A DNA stretch of 64,000 nt from contig NC_068981.1 in assembly GCF_001194135.2 (NCBI RefSeq), forward strand, positions 66,598,835 to 66,662,834, read 5' to 3'. Shown piece by piece: positions 39,559-50,739 of the stretch. Each line of letters begins with the position of its first letter. The stretch's first letter is position 1. Under the pieces are notes generated by a model, which did not search any database, had not been told where the DNA came from, and was given only the letters and a program-made list of their open reading frames with translations. The DNA comes from Octopus bimaculoides (Eukaryota). The position numbers were made by a program, and so were the translations under genes.

Positions 39559-41039
39559 CTTTAAAAGTCACGTAACCTGTGATCTCCTTGAGATGATGTG
39601 CCTTTATTCAAAATTTCAATGAATATGCCTTGGATTGGAAGGTGATGCCTTTATATTCTCCTATGAAAATTCCACAACAAACACATGACTCCTGTCAAGG
39701 AAGTCATCAGGGATCATTTGTTGACCTTTTGGTGCAGAAAGAAGAAGAGTAATAATAATTCATCTAAATATATTTGGCCATTTAGTCCAATAAACTATCC
39801 TACTATGGTTTCCTTTCTGTATTTTCTGAGTTAAGGGTTAACTTTGCATTCCACTCTCTCCAGGATTGGTAAAATAAATTGCATTAAGTGTCCTGATGTC
39901 AATTCTTTTGATCACACCCTGTCCTTTACATATTTGTAGACCAATGCCTATGTAAGAAATCGATATAATATTGTTGGTTTAAGTGATTGTCATCCATATA
40001 ATGTTATATAATAAGTCAGCACGTTAAAGGTTAACAAGAAATTTCAGTAATGATGAGGTCACGAACAAACCATGCACAGACCAAGATTTTAGTTGCCACA
40101 ACAGGAATTTAGTTACTTTGTGTGTGCATGTGTATGCATGTATGTGTGTGTGTGTGTACTGATATGTGCAAGTAGGAATATTTAAGGATGGGCTAATTCA
40201 ATTGAATGTATTAAGAGACAAGAATATCATAGATGTTATCAAAAGTGACAGTTCTAAATTGACAAGGTAGAAGGAGGTTATAAGATATGATTAACAAGTG
40301 TTTAATAAAGTTGATATTTGTAAATGTCAAGAAGGAATTTTAGTGGCTAAAAGTTCAAGTTAAATTGAAAGCTTCTGTAAAGAATAACTGGAATTGGTGG
40401 ATCACAGTTTCAATTCTTGTTACATTTTAAGCAGGATTGATATACACCTTTTACAATTCTGATTGGACTGGTATTTGTGGTTCAAGTTTGACTATCAGAA
40501 CCAATGTGAAATACCACAAAGAAAAGCTTTTCATATATGTGAGCATTCAGGTCTCATTGTAATATAATTTGATGGCTAAAATCTCAAGTTAAAAGTGGAA
40601 GCAAGTGCACATACATCAAAATGGATATTGTGATTTAGAGGTGTTGTTAATTTTTCACTGTTTGCTATACCCTAGCCTATCTTTTTCAATATGTATGCAT
40701 ATGTGTATGTTTGTCTGCACGTGTGTATATATCTGTCTGTCTATCTGTCCATTCATCTACCTAAGCACCTATTCTACCAACACATGCAATTTGAATGACC
40801 TATGTGTCTGTCTGTCTAGCTCTCTCTCTCTTTCTGTCTATATATATATGTCATTATTCAGTCCACTTCTGCATTACTTTTAGTAACCCCCACCTCTCTC
40901 TCTCTCTCACACACACAAGGTTGTATGTAGATCCTGTAGCTCTGTGCTTATAAAGACTAGTGGAATAAAAAAAAAACTCTCTTCATTGAAAAACAGGTGA
41001 GGGTTGGTGACAGGAAAAGCATCTGACCATAAAAATACT

Positions 41040-41220
41040 GTCTTATGTTCAAATTGGCCAGATCTGTCCTCTCATACCTACTTTACAATGTCATTCTAAA
41101 AATAGATAGTTACATCATTGAAATATCAAATCTATGAGATAATGCATAATTAATTCAAAACAGTGTGAATAAATAAGCAATAATACATTTGAGAAAGAAA
41201 TCTGACTGCTAAAGGGTTAA
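41040..41220. mobile_element. Partial piggyBac-type MITE (same family as 49945-50171)
   Basis: Colinear with ~49985-50171; ends gctaaagggTTAA. Confidence 0.7.
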
Positions 41221-41259
41221 TATGTGTTCATCCAATCCATGCCAGCAGAGAAAAATGTG

Positions 41260-41318
<59 letters not shown>

Positions 41319-42492
41319 NNNNNNNNNNNNNNNNNNNNNNNNNNNNNNNNNNNNNNNNNNNNNNNNNNNNNNNNNNNNNNNNNNNNNNNNNNNNNNNNNN
41401 NNNNNNNNNNNNNNNNNNNNNNNNNNNNNNNNNNNNNNNNNNNNNNNNNNNNNNNNNNNNNNNNNNNNNNNNNNNNNNNNNNNNNNNNNNNNNNNNNNNN
41501 NNNNNNNNNNNNNNNNNNNNNNNNNNNNNNNNNNNNNNNNNNNNNNNNNNNNNNNNNNNNNNNNNNNNNNNNNNNNNNNNNNNNNNNNNNNNNNNNNNNN
41601 NNNNNNNNNNNNNNNCCGCTGAACTGGCTCCTGTGCAGGTGGCATGTAAAATACACCATTTTGAGCGTGGCCGTTGCCAGTACCGCCTGACCGGCCTTCG
41701 TGCCGGTGGCACGTAAAAGCACCCACTACACTCTCGTAGTGGTTGTCATTAGGAAGGGCATCTAGCTGTAGAAACTCTGCCAAATCAGATTGGAGCCTGG
41801 TGTAGCCATCTGGTTTCACCAGTCCTCAGTCAAATCGTCCAACCCATGCTAGCATGGAAAGCGGATGTTAAACGACGATGATGATGATGATGTAGATAAA
41901 TATATGTATATATAAGAATATATATATATGTGTATAAATATATATGTATGAATATGTCTATATAAAATCGAATTTTGAAAACCATTATAATGTAATTTTT
42001 AATGTATGAGAACCTTGTCAAATAGAAGGATCAAAATATTACTTAAGATAATAAATAAACAATTGTTTTGTTTATTTAAAAGTCCCTTTGTCACATCTTT
42101 CAGATTTCTGTTGGATTTTATACATTCATACTTTGAAAATATCTGACAAAATGATGTAAGAAAAAAACTATGAGCAGCATTATGTGTTCTACGCTTCATA
42201 CAACTTTGACAGCCAGGTCCTTTCCATTATGATAGACTGAAAGTGGTAGTCATAGGAGAAAGGCTTACTGAGAGAGAGATAGAAGGAGAGAGAGAGAGAG
42301 AGAGAGGAATTGGTCTTTGTATTTCATTGGTACTTTATTTTATTGACCTGAAAAGGATGAAAGGTGTAGTTACCTTTAGTGGATTTTGAACCGAAAGTGC
42401 AAAGAGCCAGAACAAATATTACAAGGTATTTATCCAAATACTCTAGCATGTCTGTCAGTTGATTACCACACAGATATGCGCATATGCGTGCA

Positions 42493-42530
<38 letters not shown>

Positions 42531-43214
42531 TAGTAACAAGAAATGTATGCATTTCACTGGCTACATCATAATCAGTCTTAAGATATTTTTCATCACAAGT
42601 GCTTACAAATATTTATAAAATAATAAATCATGGAGTTGTAATAAAAGTTTGTTGAGTGAAAGAATAGTTGAAAAAACTAAATTTTGGTGGATGGCAGAAA
42701 GGAAATATGAAAATATGATTGGCTTTTATCCCCCATCATAGCAGTTCTGTTTTAAGAACTATATCTCTCATCAGGTTGTGTAAAAAGACAAAATCCCTAA
42801 GTGATCAGCAATCATAGAAGCTGAATGTACAACTGTCCACAACAGGCAAATGTAGTACTCAGAAAAAGCACTTTAATATCTAACTAGATGAAACTGTCTC
42901 AAGAACAGAAAAACAGAAAAATGTATATACTTTGAAAATTTTAACAAGCAATAATGCCTGTAGTATTTTGTTGTAAAATCCTGCCTCAAATATATCCCTG
43001 TTGAATATCCCTAGCATGGAAAAACCAACATCAAATACATAATGCTTGAAACAACTACCCAAGTTGCCATTACATTCAGACAGCCCTGCTCTTGCTGTTG
43101 CCAATCCTTGCATGTTTTTTGCATAAGGGGGTCTTTACTCCCAATGTCTTTGAAAGCAGAGAAAGACTGGTTGTAATGTCAGTAAGGAATGTAAATGTTT
43201 TCCCAAACAGTGAC

Positions 43215-44900
43215 AAGGTGTGAAATATCACATTCACTCATGTTTTCCTTATTATATTTAATGATCTCCTTTTAATTCTAATTATTTTTCTAGACTCATT
43301 ATGATTAGATTGTAATAATTCTCTAGTAGTGTCAGGCCCTTACCTCCCTGTGTGTACAGTCAATATATTCTGTCTGTATTAGCTGTAGAATAGTTGATTT
43401 AAGAATGATGTGAAAAGTTTTCTTGCTTACTATCTAGACTCTTCAGTTCATTTAACTTCCAGATTATTACATCAGTGCTGTATTTTATGATTGGAATAGC
43501 TAATGTATTTATTATACTGATTATCTTATTTCTGACATTGAATTTTGATTTTGAAATTAGAATGACTCACCAATAGTATTAAAAATTGTTTTTCCTTGAT
43601 TTTTGTATGTTATATCTTATCAGTTTCATCTACTCCTTAGTATTAGCATTAATGGTTATGTTCTAATTCACTGATTTCAGTATCTAAATTGAACTTGATC
43701 TTTTGACTTTTAGTTAATTTTTTCCTTCTTCTTAGATTAGTTTTAGTACATTTGTCCTGTCTTACTCCCATTTTTGTATCACTGCTGAATCAATGTATAG
43801 TTCTTAATAAGTTCTGCAGCTGATGAGGAATCTATTAAATCATCCGTATCAAATCATTGGTGATTTGATTCAACAGATTAGTTAAGAGTCAGAGCTAGAC
43901 AGACTAGTATCGGGGACAGTGAGTCTCCTTGAAAAATTCCTCTCTTATGTGATAGCACTAATTTTTATCATCTTTTTTATATCTTGCATTGCAGTGTTAT
44001 TGATGTCTTGTATTTTCATATATTGTTGTTGATACCCTGTGGGGCTGTTTTGTTTTAAGTGCATTGTCTTCAATATTCAGGATTATGCTATGTTGTTGAG
44101 GGCTTTTCTTTTGTTATGAAACCATGGTTGAATTTCTGTTTCTTTTTTGTTATATTCAACAACTGCTGTGTTTATCAATACAGTTATTGATAAATATAGC
44201 AAGTTAAAGTATGTCATGTAGATATATATAATATTTGAATGAAATTTCCGTAAATGATAGAGAACAATGGTTGAACCAATAGACATATAACCATGGTGGA
44301 AATGTAAAGAAATAAAAAAAGCAATATATATATAACAGCTTTCTAGAAACTTGATCAGTAACCATAGTGCTAATACCAAATTAATGATGAAAAAAAATAT
44401 TGTATTACCAATACAAGATGTCATGCTTGTTGTTTCTGCTCCTTTGTTGGAACATTATTATCTTATAGGTAAACATCCAACCTATTGTAGAATATAAAAT
44501 GTCAGGAACTTTATATATATTGTTGGTCTTGTAATATTATTTTTGAAGATTAGTATTGTTATCCTCTCTAGTCACCATTTAGATGTTGATTCTAATCTTT
44601 GGCATAACTCATAGAATTCTGTTGCTATAAATTCGTGGTTACTGGGACTCTAACTAGAAATTGAAATATTTATCAATTTAGCAAGTCTTCCAGTTGCTGG
44701 TCACCTTAATTATATTAACAAATCCCTCTGATAATTTCACTTGGCAAACTTATGATGTTACTGGAATAATTTTTCCCCCCTCCTTTTGCCAGTTATATTC
44801 TTGTTGCATATTTTTGGCTTCCCATCCTCTCTCAGTATGATTCAATTTTTCTCGTTATTGGTGAAGTTTTCTTTTTCCATTGATGTCTTTGTAGAATTAC
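43215..44900 (-). pseudogene. Decayed R4/Dong-like LINE reverse transcriptase
   Basis: RKALNNIA*S*ILKT (KKAFDSVPHSWILK), RGIFQGDSLSP at 43912-43944, FSSDTKMGVRQDKCTK, IINTLAIPIIKYS..IIWKLNELKSLD, TDRIY..GGKGL. Confidence 0.85.
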
Positions 44901-45929
44901 CAACTACAATTATTTCAAATAAGTGATTCTGATGGCAGAAGTCCTCCAATTTTCAGCTTTCAAAATTTTTTTTACCATGATCAGATGTTTACATTTTTTC
45001 ATATCTTTCTTTTTCTTAATTTTGTATTGTCTTAATATTTGCTTTGTTCTTTTTTTTTTATTATTAATTCTTAATATGAGACTTTGTCCTTCTTATTTTC
45101 ATATGAGGCTACCTCTTTTTTATTTCATGATGATGATGATGATGAAGATAAGGATAGGCCTTTCTTACTTTTGTTCATCTATTGTGTATATANNNNNNNN
45201 NNNNNNNNNNNNNNNNNNNNNNNNNNNNNNNNNNNNNNNNNNNNNNNNNNNNNNNNNNNNNNNNNNNNNNNNNNNNNNNNNNNNNNNNNNNNNNNNNNNN
45301 NNNNNNNNNNNNNNNNNNNNNNNNNNNNNNNNNNNNNNNNNNNNNNNNNNNNNNNNNNNNNNNNNNNNNNNNNNNNNNNNNNNNNNNNNNNNNNNNNNNN
45401 NNNNNNNNNNNNNNNNNNNNNNNNNNNNNNNNNNNNNNNNNNNNNNNNNNNNNNNNNNNNNNNNNNNNNNNNNNNNNNNNNNNNNNNNNNNNNNNNNNNN
45501 NNNNNNNNNNNNNNNNNNNNNNNNNNNNNNNNNNNNNNNNNNNNNNNNNNNNNNNNNNNNNNNNNNNNNNNNNNNNNNNNNNNNNNNNNNNNNNNNNNNN
45601 NNNNNNNNNNNNNTTTTTTTGTGCGGGTGGCACATGAAATGCACCATTTTGAGCGTGGCCGTTGCCAGTACCGCTTGACTGGCCTTCGTGCGGGTGACAC
45701 GTAAAAGCACCCACTACACTCTCTGAGTGGTTGGTGTTAGGAAGGGCATCCAGCTGTAGAAACTCTGCCAAATCAGATTGGAGCCTGGTGTAGCGATCTG
45801 GTTTCACCAGTCCTCAGTCAAATCGTCCAACCCATGCTAGCATGGAAAGCGGACGTTAAACGACGACGACCATGCCTTCCAAGTTTTTTTTTTCAGAAGC
45901 ATATACAAGTATCTATGCATTAAATAACC

Positions 45930-46840
45930 TTAATATACTACATAATATATTGGCATAATATATGGTAGAGACACTGTATATTTGATGACACTGTATATTT
46001 GGTGACTATATAAGCAATGTGTTAATGGATGGTTAATTGGTAGGATGTGGTACCGAAGAAAGAGTCAAAACTCTTAAAATATGCATATACACCCATTACC
46101 TATTTCTCTATCTTTGATCGTACTGTTTACACAAATGTATTCATATACAAAATATAATAACTTTCAGTGCTGGTTATAATTTCTACAGAAAATATGTAGA
46201 CATAACTTTAAAAAGTGATTGAATGGCAATGACAACATAGGTAGGACACAGTATTGACTTTAATATACTTGGTAATATATTATGGTAACATAATGAAATA
46301 CAGTGTCTCTACCATTTTATTATAATGATATGCAACCATAATATACTACCAAGCATATTAAAGGCTTATAAATCAGTACTGTGTTACAGGTTAGTACCAT
46401 GTTAGCAATGCTATTCAATCTCTATTCACTACTGGCTCTAGTTTTTATAGAAAATCTATAGAGGTAACTTTAAAAAGTAATTGAATTGTACTGCTTATAC
46501 AAGTAGGACATAGGGTTAACTTATAAGCTTTTAATATACTTGGTAGTATGTTATTGCTGCATAATGAAATATGGTGTCCCTACCAGCAATGAATATGTAC
46601 ATACCAGTTGCCATGCCAATGTGTTTAATGTGTAAAATTGGTACATCCAGTTGTGTTACAGTGCTCAATTTGGTGGTGCTGAAGAAGAAGCAAAAACTCT
46701 TGAATTATGCACATACATCTATCACCTGTTTTCCTGTCTTTGAATCACATTGTTTACGTAGGCGTATTTGCATATGAAATGTAATTTTTAGTGCTGGCTC
46801 TAGTTTTTTTGAAAATCTGTAGAGATAACTTTGAAGTTAT
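45930..46840. repeat. Mosaic of old direct and inverted subrepeats
   Basis: gaaaatctRtagaNataacttt-like module at ~46190, 46450 and 46810; ggtagagacactgtat (~45964) inverted vs ~46297-46314; ~46340-46372 inverted vs ~46520-46556. Confidence 0.55.
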
Positions 46841-47172
46841 TTCTTATGAAATTGTTTATGCTTAGCTGGGGAATTGATGATCCATAATTTTTTATCTTAT
46901 TATGATCAGTTCTTCAGTTTTTCATTGCTGACACTGATATGTGAAAAGCTGTTTTTTTTTTTGTTCTTATTGTAGGGGGATATTTGAATGGCTCTTCTCA
47001 AGGGCTTTTATATGGTCAAATTCCTCATCTTTATTTTTTATTTCTCCTCACTATTTATCTATGTTTTAATGTGAGAGATGGTCACTTGTCCTTTTAATAT
47101 GAAGTTGGTTTTATTCACATTATTTACATTATTTGCATTTGAAGGATATTTGTCCTCATTTTGTTTGTTGTT

Positions 47173-47218
47173 AACACCACATTTCGGCTGATATACCCTC
47201 CAGCCTTCATCAGGTGTC
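47173..47218 (-). ncRNA. Second (inverted) copy of the hammerhead, probably inactive
   Basis: GACAC CTGATGA A GGCTG GAGGGTATAT CAGCC GAA ATGT G GTGTT; perfect stem II but G at position 17. Confidence 0.65.
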
Positions 47219-47260
47219 TTGGGGAAATTTCAAACCTGGGTTCTCATTCCTAAGGTATTA

Positions 47261-47819
47261 AGCAACAACTACCCCAAAAACATACTATCTACTCCAATTA
47301 TGAAGAAAAGAGGATGAAACCAATAAACTGTCTACAGTCTGTCTACCCTATATGAAAGGCCTCTCCGAAAAGATACAAAAGATATGCAGCCCATATGACA
47401 TCAGGACAGTATTCAAGAGTAATATAACACTTCGCAAATATCTCCTTTGGGTAAAACCACCAATAGAAGAGAATATGACCTAAAACTGTGTGTACTCCAT
47501 CCCATGCAGCTGTGGTAGGTTATACAAAGGCGAAACAAGCTGCCCCTTCAAAATAAGGGTAGACGAATATTGCAAAGCTGTAACACGAGGAGATATTGAT
47601 AAATCGAGTATAGCTGATCATGTATGGAAAAATGGAGACTACCTCCCCCTGTGGGTTGAAATTAAAATAATAGAAAGAGAACACAATTGGAAAATACGAA
47701 AAATAAAAGAAGCTGCACATATGCTAGGATACAACAACCTCCTAAGCAGACCGAGTGCAGATATGAATAGCATATGGGAACCGGTATTAAAGAAGGATAG
47801 GAAAATATTAGATTTATAA
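47261..47819 (+). pseudogene. PLE GIY-YIG endonuclease region (one frameshift, one premature stop)
   Basis: VCLPYMKGLSEKIQKICSPYDIRTVFKS...*NCVYSIPCSCGRLYKGET...IADHVW...RKIKEAAHM; stop at 47481-47483. Confidence 0.9.
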
Positions 47820-47858
47820 GCCCTAAAATTCACTCCATAATTGCCTATGGGAATAATA

Positions 47859-47917
47859 TGGCATAGTGGTTAAGAGAAAAAATACCTTAGGAATGAGAAC
47901 CCAGGTTCGAAATTTCC
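47859..47917 (+). promoter_or_regulatory. tRNA-like Pol III A-box and B-box upstream of the hammerhead
   Basis: TGGCATAGTGG (47859-47869) and GGTTCGAAATTTCC (47904-47917); the boxes start 45 nt apart, as in tRNA genes. Confidence 0.45.
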
Positions 47918-47921
47918 TCAA

Positions 47922-47967
47922 GACACCTGATGAAGGCTGGAGGGTATATCAGCTGAAATGTTGTGTT
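47922..47967 (+). ncRNA. Minimal type I hammerhead ribozyme motif in the PLE terminal repeat
   Basis: GACAC CTGATGA A GGCTG GAGGGTATAT CAGCT GAA ATGT T GTGTT; stem III ATGT is probably CpG-decayed ACGT. Confidence 0.7.
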
Positions 47968-49944
47968 AACAACAAACCAGATGAGGACAAATATCCATCA
48001 AATGTAAATAATGTACATAATTCCTCATTTCTTAAATATAGAACTGAAGTTGGTTTTGTTATGTTCTTCTTTTGCATTTTTTTTGGAGGGGTACCATAGA
48101 GTATTGTTAATTCATTATATGTGGGTGGTCATTTCATTTCCCTTGTACTGTTGTCTTTGTAAGATGATGAATTGACAGAGTTTTGTAGAGAATACTTTGC
48201 AGTATTTGTTCCAACTATTTGAAATCTGATTTCAAATCCTCCTGAGATCAATCTCACCTTTCATCCTTTTGTGACTGATGAAAAATGTACTAATTCTGTG
48301 GGATTGATGAATAGAGCTGTTAAAAGTTTGGGAAAAATGCCTTGCCTTTCAATATCTGTTCTGGTTCTTTGTGTTCTGATAGCAGCACCTGCAAAAACAC
48401 TAGTATCAAACTGCAAGCTGTTAGCCTTTCCCTTATATAAACATCATTGATAGTGTGAAGATGAGAGGAGATACCCACATGTGTGAACAACTGCCAGTCT
48501 TTTTTAGTGTTAAGCAAAAATCTTGCCCATGTATGGTCAACCTCGAGCAACAGAACCCCTGTATTTTCTTTTCATTGCCAAACTTCATATGTTGTTGTTG
48601 TACTACAGATTGGTCCTGATTATGTAGGTATGTAATCAAAGGCAATCCATTAAATTTCATCTTGTTTACATGAATAGCACATGTTGGATTACATTATGTA
48701 ATATATACCACTTTCTTTTAGGATGGTATAGTGTGATTTGAAGGATATTTGGTTGCTATTTCTAACAGTTTGAGGAACCACGTAAAAGCTCCCTTATTGG
48801 CTTGTGATGGTTCATAAATTTTGTGTGTACTGGGTTTACTTGTGCTGCTTTCATTGGCTTCAGGAGAAATTATCTTTTTTTATTTTAGAAGGTAGTCATT
48901 TCTTTTGTTATATATTTTCTCCATTGTGTATACTTAAATAGAAATGCTTCTATTTCTGAAATCTTTTTTGTGTGTGTTTCTTATAAATTCTTATACATTT
49001 GCTAATGTATTTCAGTTTAGTTATCATCTTACCTCTTCGTTTGTTCTTCTCCAGATTTTTATGTGTTTCTTTTATGGTGCTAGTATATGCTGATGTAGTA
49101 TGGTTGTTCCATGTACTCATAACACTTCTTGCTATTGTTCTTTACTTCACCATTCTCTTGTAGCTTTCATTGTATTTGGTAGTTGTTGGAGGGATTAATC
49201 TGATCAACCTGATGATCATGTCAATGCAAACATAGTGGGGTTACATTAAATGCACACTATAGTGTTTCCCATAAGCCATAGGACCATCAAGTTTTGTTTT
49301 GATTGTCTGTTTGTGTGGTTGGTCATGGTTACTGCTTTGCAGAGTGTTCGTTTTGTTTTAGCTTGGTAAATTTTCTTTTGTTTTATGATTTGTAATGAGT
49401 TTTTATGCTCCTACCTTGTTAGATTTTATTCACTGTCAAACCAAAGAAGGCATAAAATGAATAATTGCCAATTTTGTTTAGCCCAAGGTTATCGTTGATC
49501 TAGTATGCCTATGGTCTAAGACATTCCAACATTACCCATTCCGCCTATTTTTTTTTCAGACATAGATTATAGTCATATAGGATCGAATAATCTCATGTGT
49601 CTTTTATTTTAAAGACAGTAGCTTGTAGTTTGAAGGAAATTTGGCTGTTGTTTCTAATGGGCTGAATGACTATGTAAAAACTCTCTTATCAGTAATAACT
49701 GCTTTAATGACATCACTATATTCTTGTGGCAATAATATTGAAATTTCTTCTTTTCATACAGAGTTCTATAGTTTATAATCCATTCAGCTGGGAAATTTTC
49801 TATTATTTAGTAGAATCAGTGGGTGAATGCCATTCAGTAGTTAGTTACATCTCTTTATTTTCTGAGTTCACATCACATAGAGTGTTGACTCGGTCTTTCA
49901 CCCTTTCAGATGAAAGTACTAGTCAAATACTGGAGAAGACAATT

Positions 49945-50171
49945 TGAGCCTTTAGCATGTAAACTGGACATGTCTGGCCCAAATATTCTTCCTGTTTTAT
50001 GTTCAAATCCATCAGATCTGGTCTCTCACACCTACACTACGCTGTCATTCTGAAAATAAACAATGATGTCATCACAATCTCAAAGCTACAAGATAATGCC
50101 GAATTAATTCAAAACGATACGAGTTAATAAGCAATACATTTGACAGAATAATCTTAATGCCAAAGGGTTAA
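49945..50171. mobile_element. piggyBac-type MITE
   Basis: Ends (ttga)gcctttagcat ... atgccaaagggTTAA. Confidence 0.7.
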
Positions 50172-50739
50172 TCTGTTATACACTTTTGTGCAGATTTGTA
50201 GCCTTGTGCTTTATTTAGACCCTGCCCCCACATCTCTTGCTCCCTCCTCCCCTCTCTCTTCCTTCTCCTTGTCATCTTCTTCAGTATCAGCATTAGGTAG
50301 CAGACTAGTAGAAATGACAAAGTGCTAGTTCCATCTCTTGTCATTCAGAGTTCAAATCCCTCTGAAGTTGATTGTTTCTTTCATCCTCCCAAAGGGAATA
50401 GGATTACTTCTAAGAATTTTCAATGTGCATCAAGTAATCAACTATACACGCAACCCACAATTTTGTGGCTTTTTTTGCGAGTGTAGGAAATCATCATCAT
50501 CATCATTGTCATCATTGTCATCATCTTCATCATCATCATTATCATTCATCTCTTTCAGATTGATAGAATAAGTGGCCGTCAAGTATTGCAGTCAATTAAA
50601 TTCACTCATAATCCTATCTCTCAAAATTATGTAACCTTGTGCCAAAGTTAATAACCATATTATATTAAATAATGAGTTGTAAACTGTGCATCCTCTATCA
50701 GTTACCAAATATGTGTTCAAACTTTTAGGAGTAGCTATG

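Larger units (their letters stand above)
47113..48044 (+). mobile_element. 5'-truncated Penelope-like element with inverted terminal-repeat copy and 13-bp TSD
   Basis: ~47128-47259 is the reverse complement of 47881-~48014; tgaagttggtttt at 47100-47112 and 48045-48057; GIY-YIG coding region inside. Confidence 0.9.

Noticed and set aside
42960-43210. Cys-rich reading KTGCNVSKECKCF resembling a transposase/integrase CxC tail
   Set aside because: Multiple stops and too short to assign.
48590-48635. Micro-exon-like AG...GTATGT (similar cases at ~28455-28520, 36515-36545, 63680-63740)
   Set aside because: Such splice-like pairs arise by chance in AT-rich DNA; no supporting frame.
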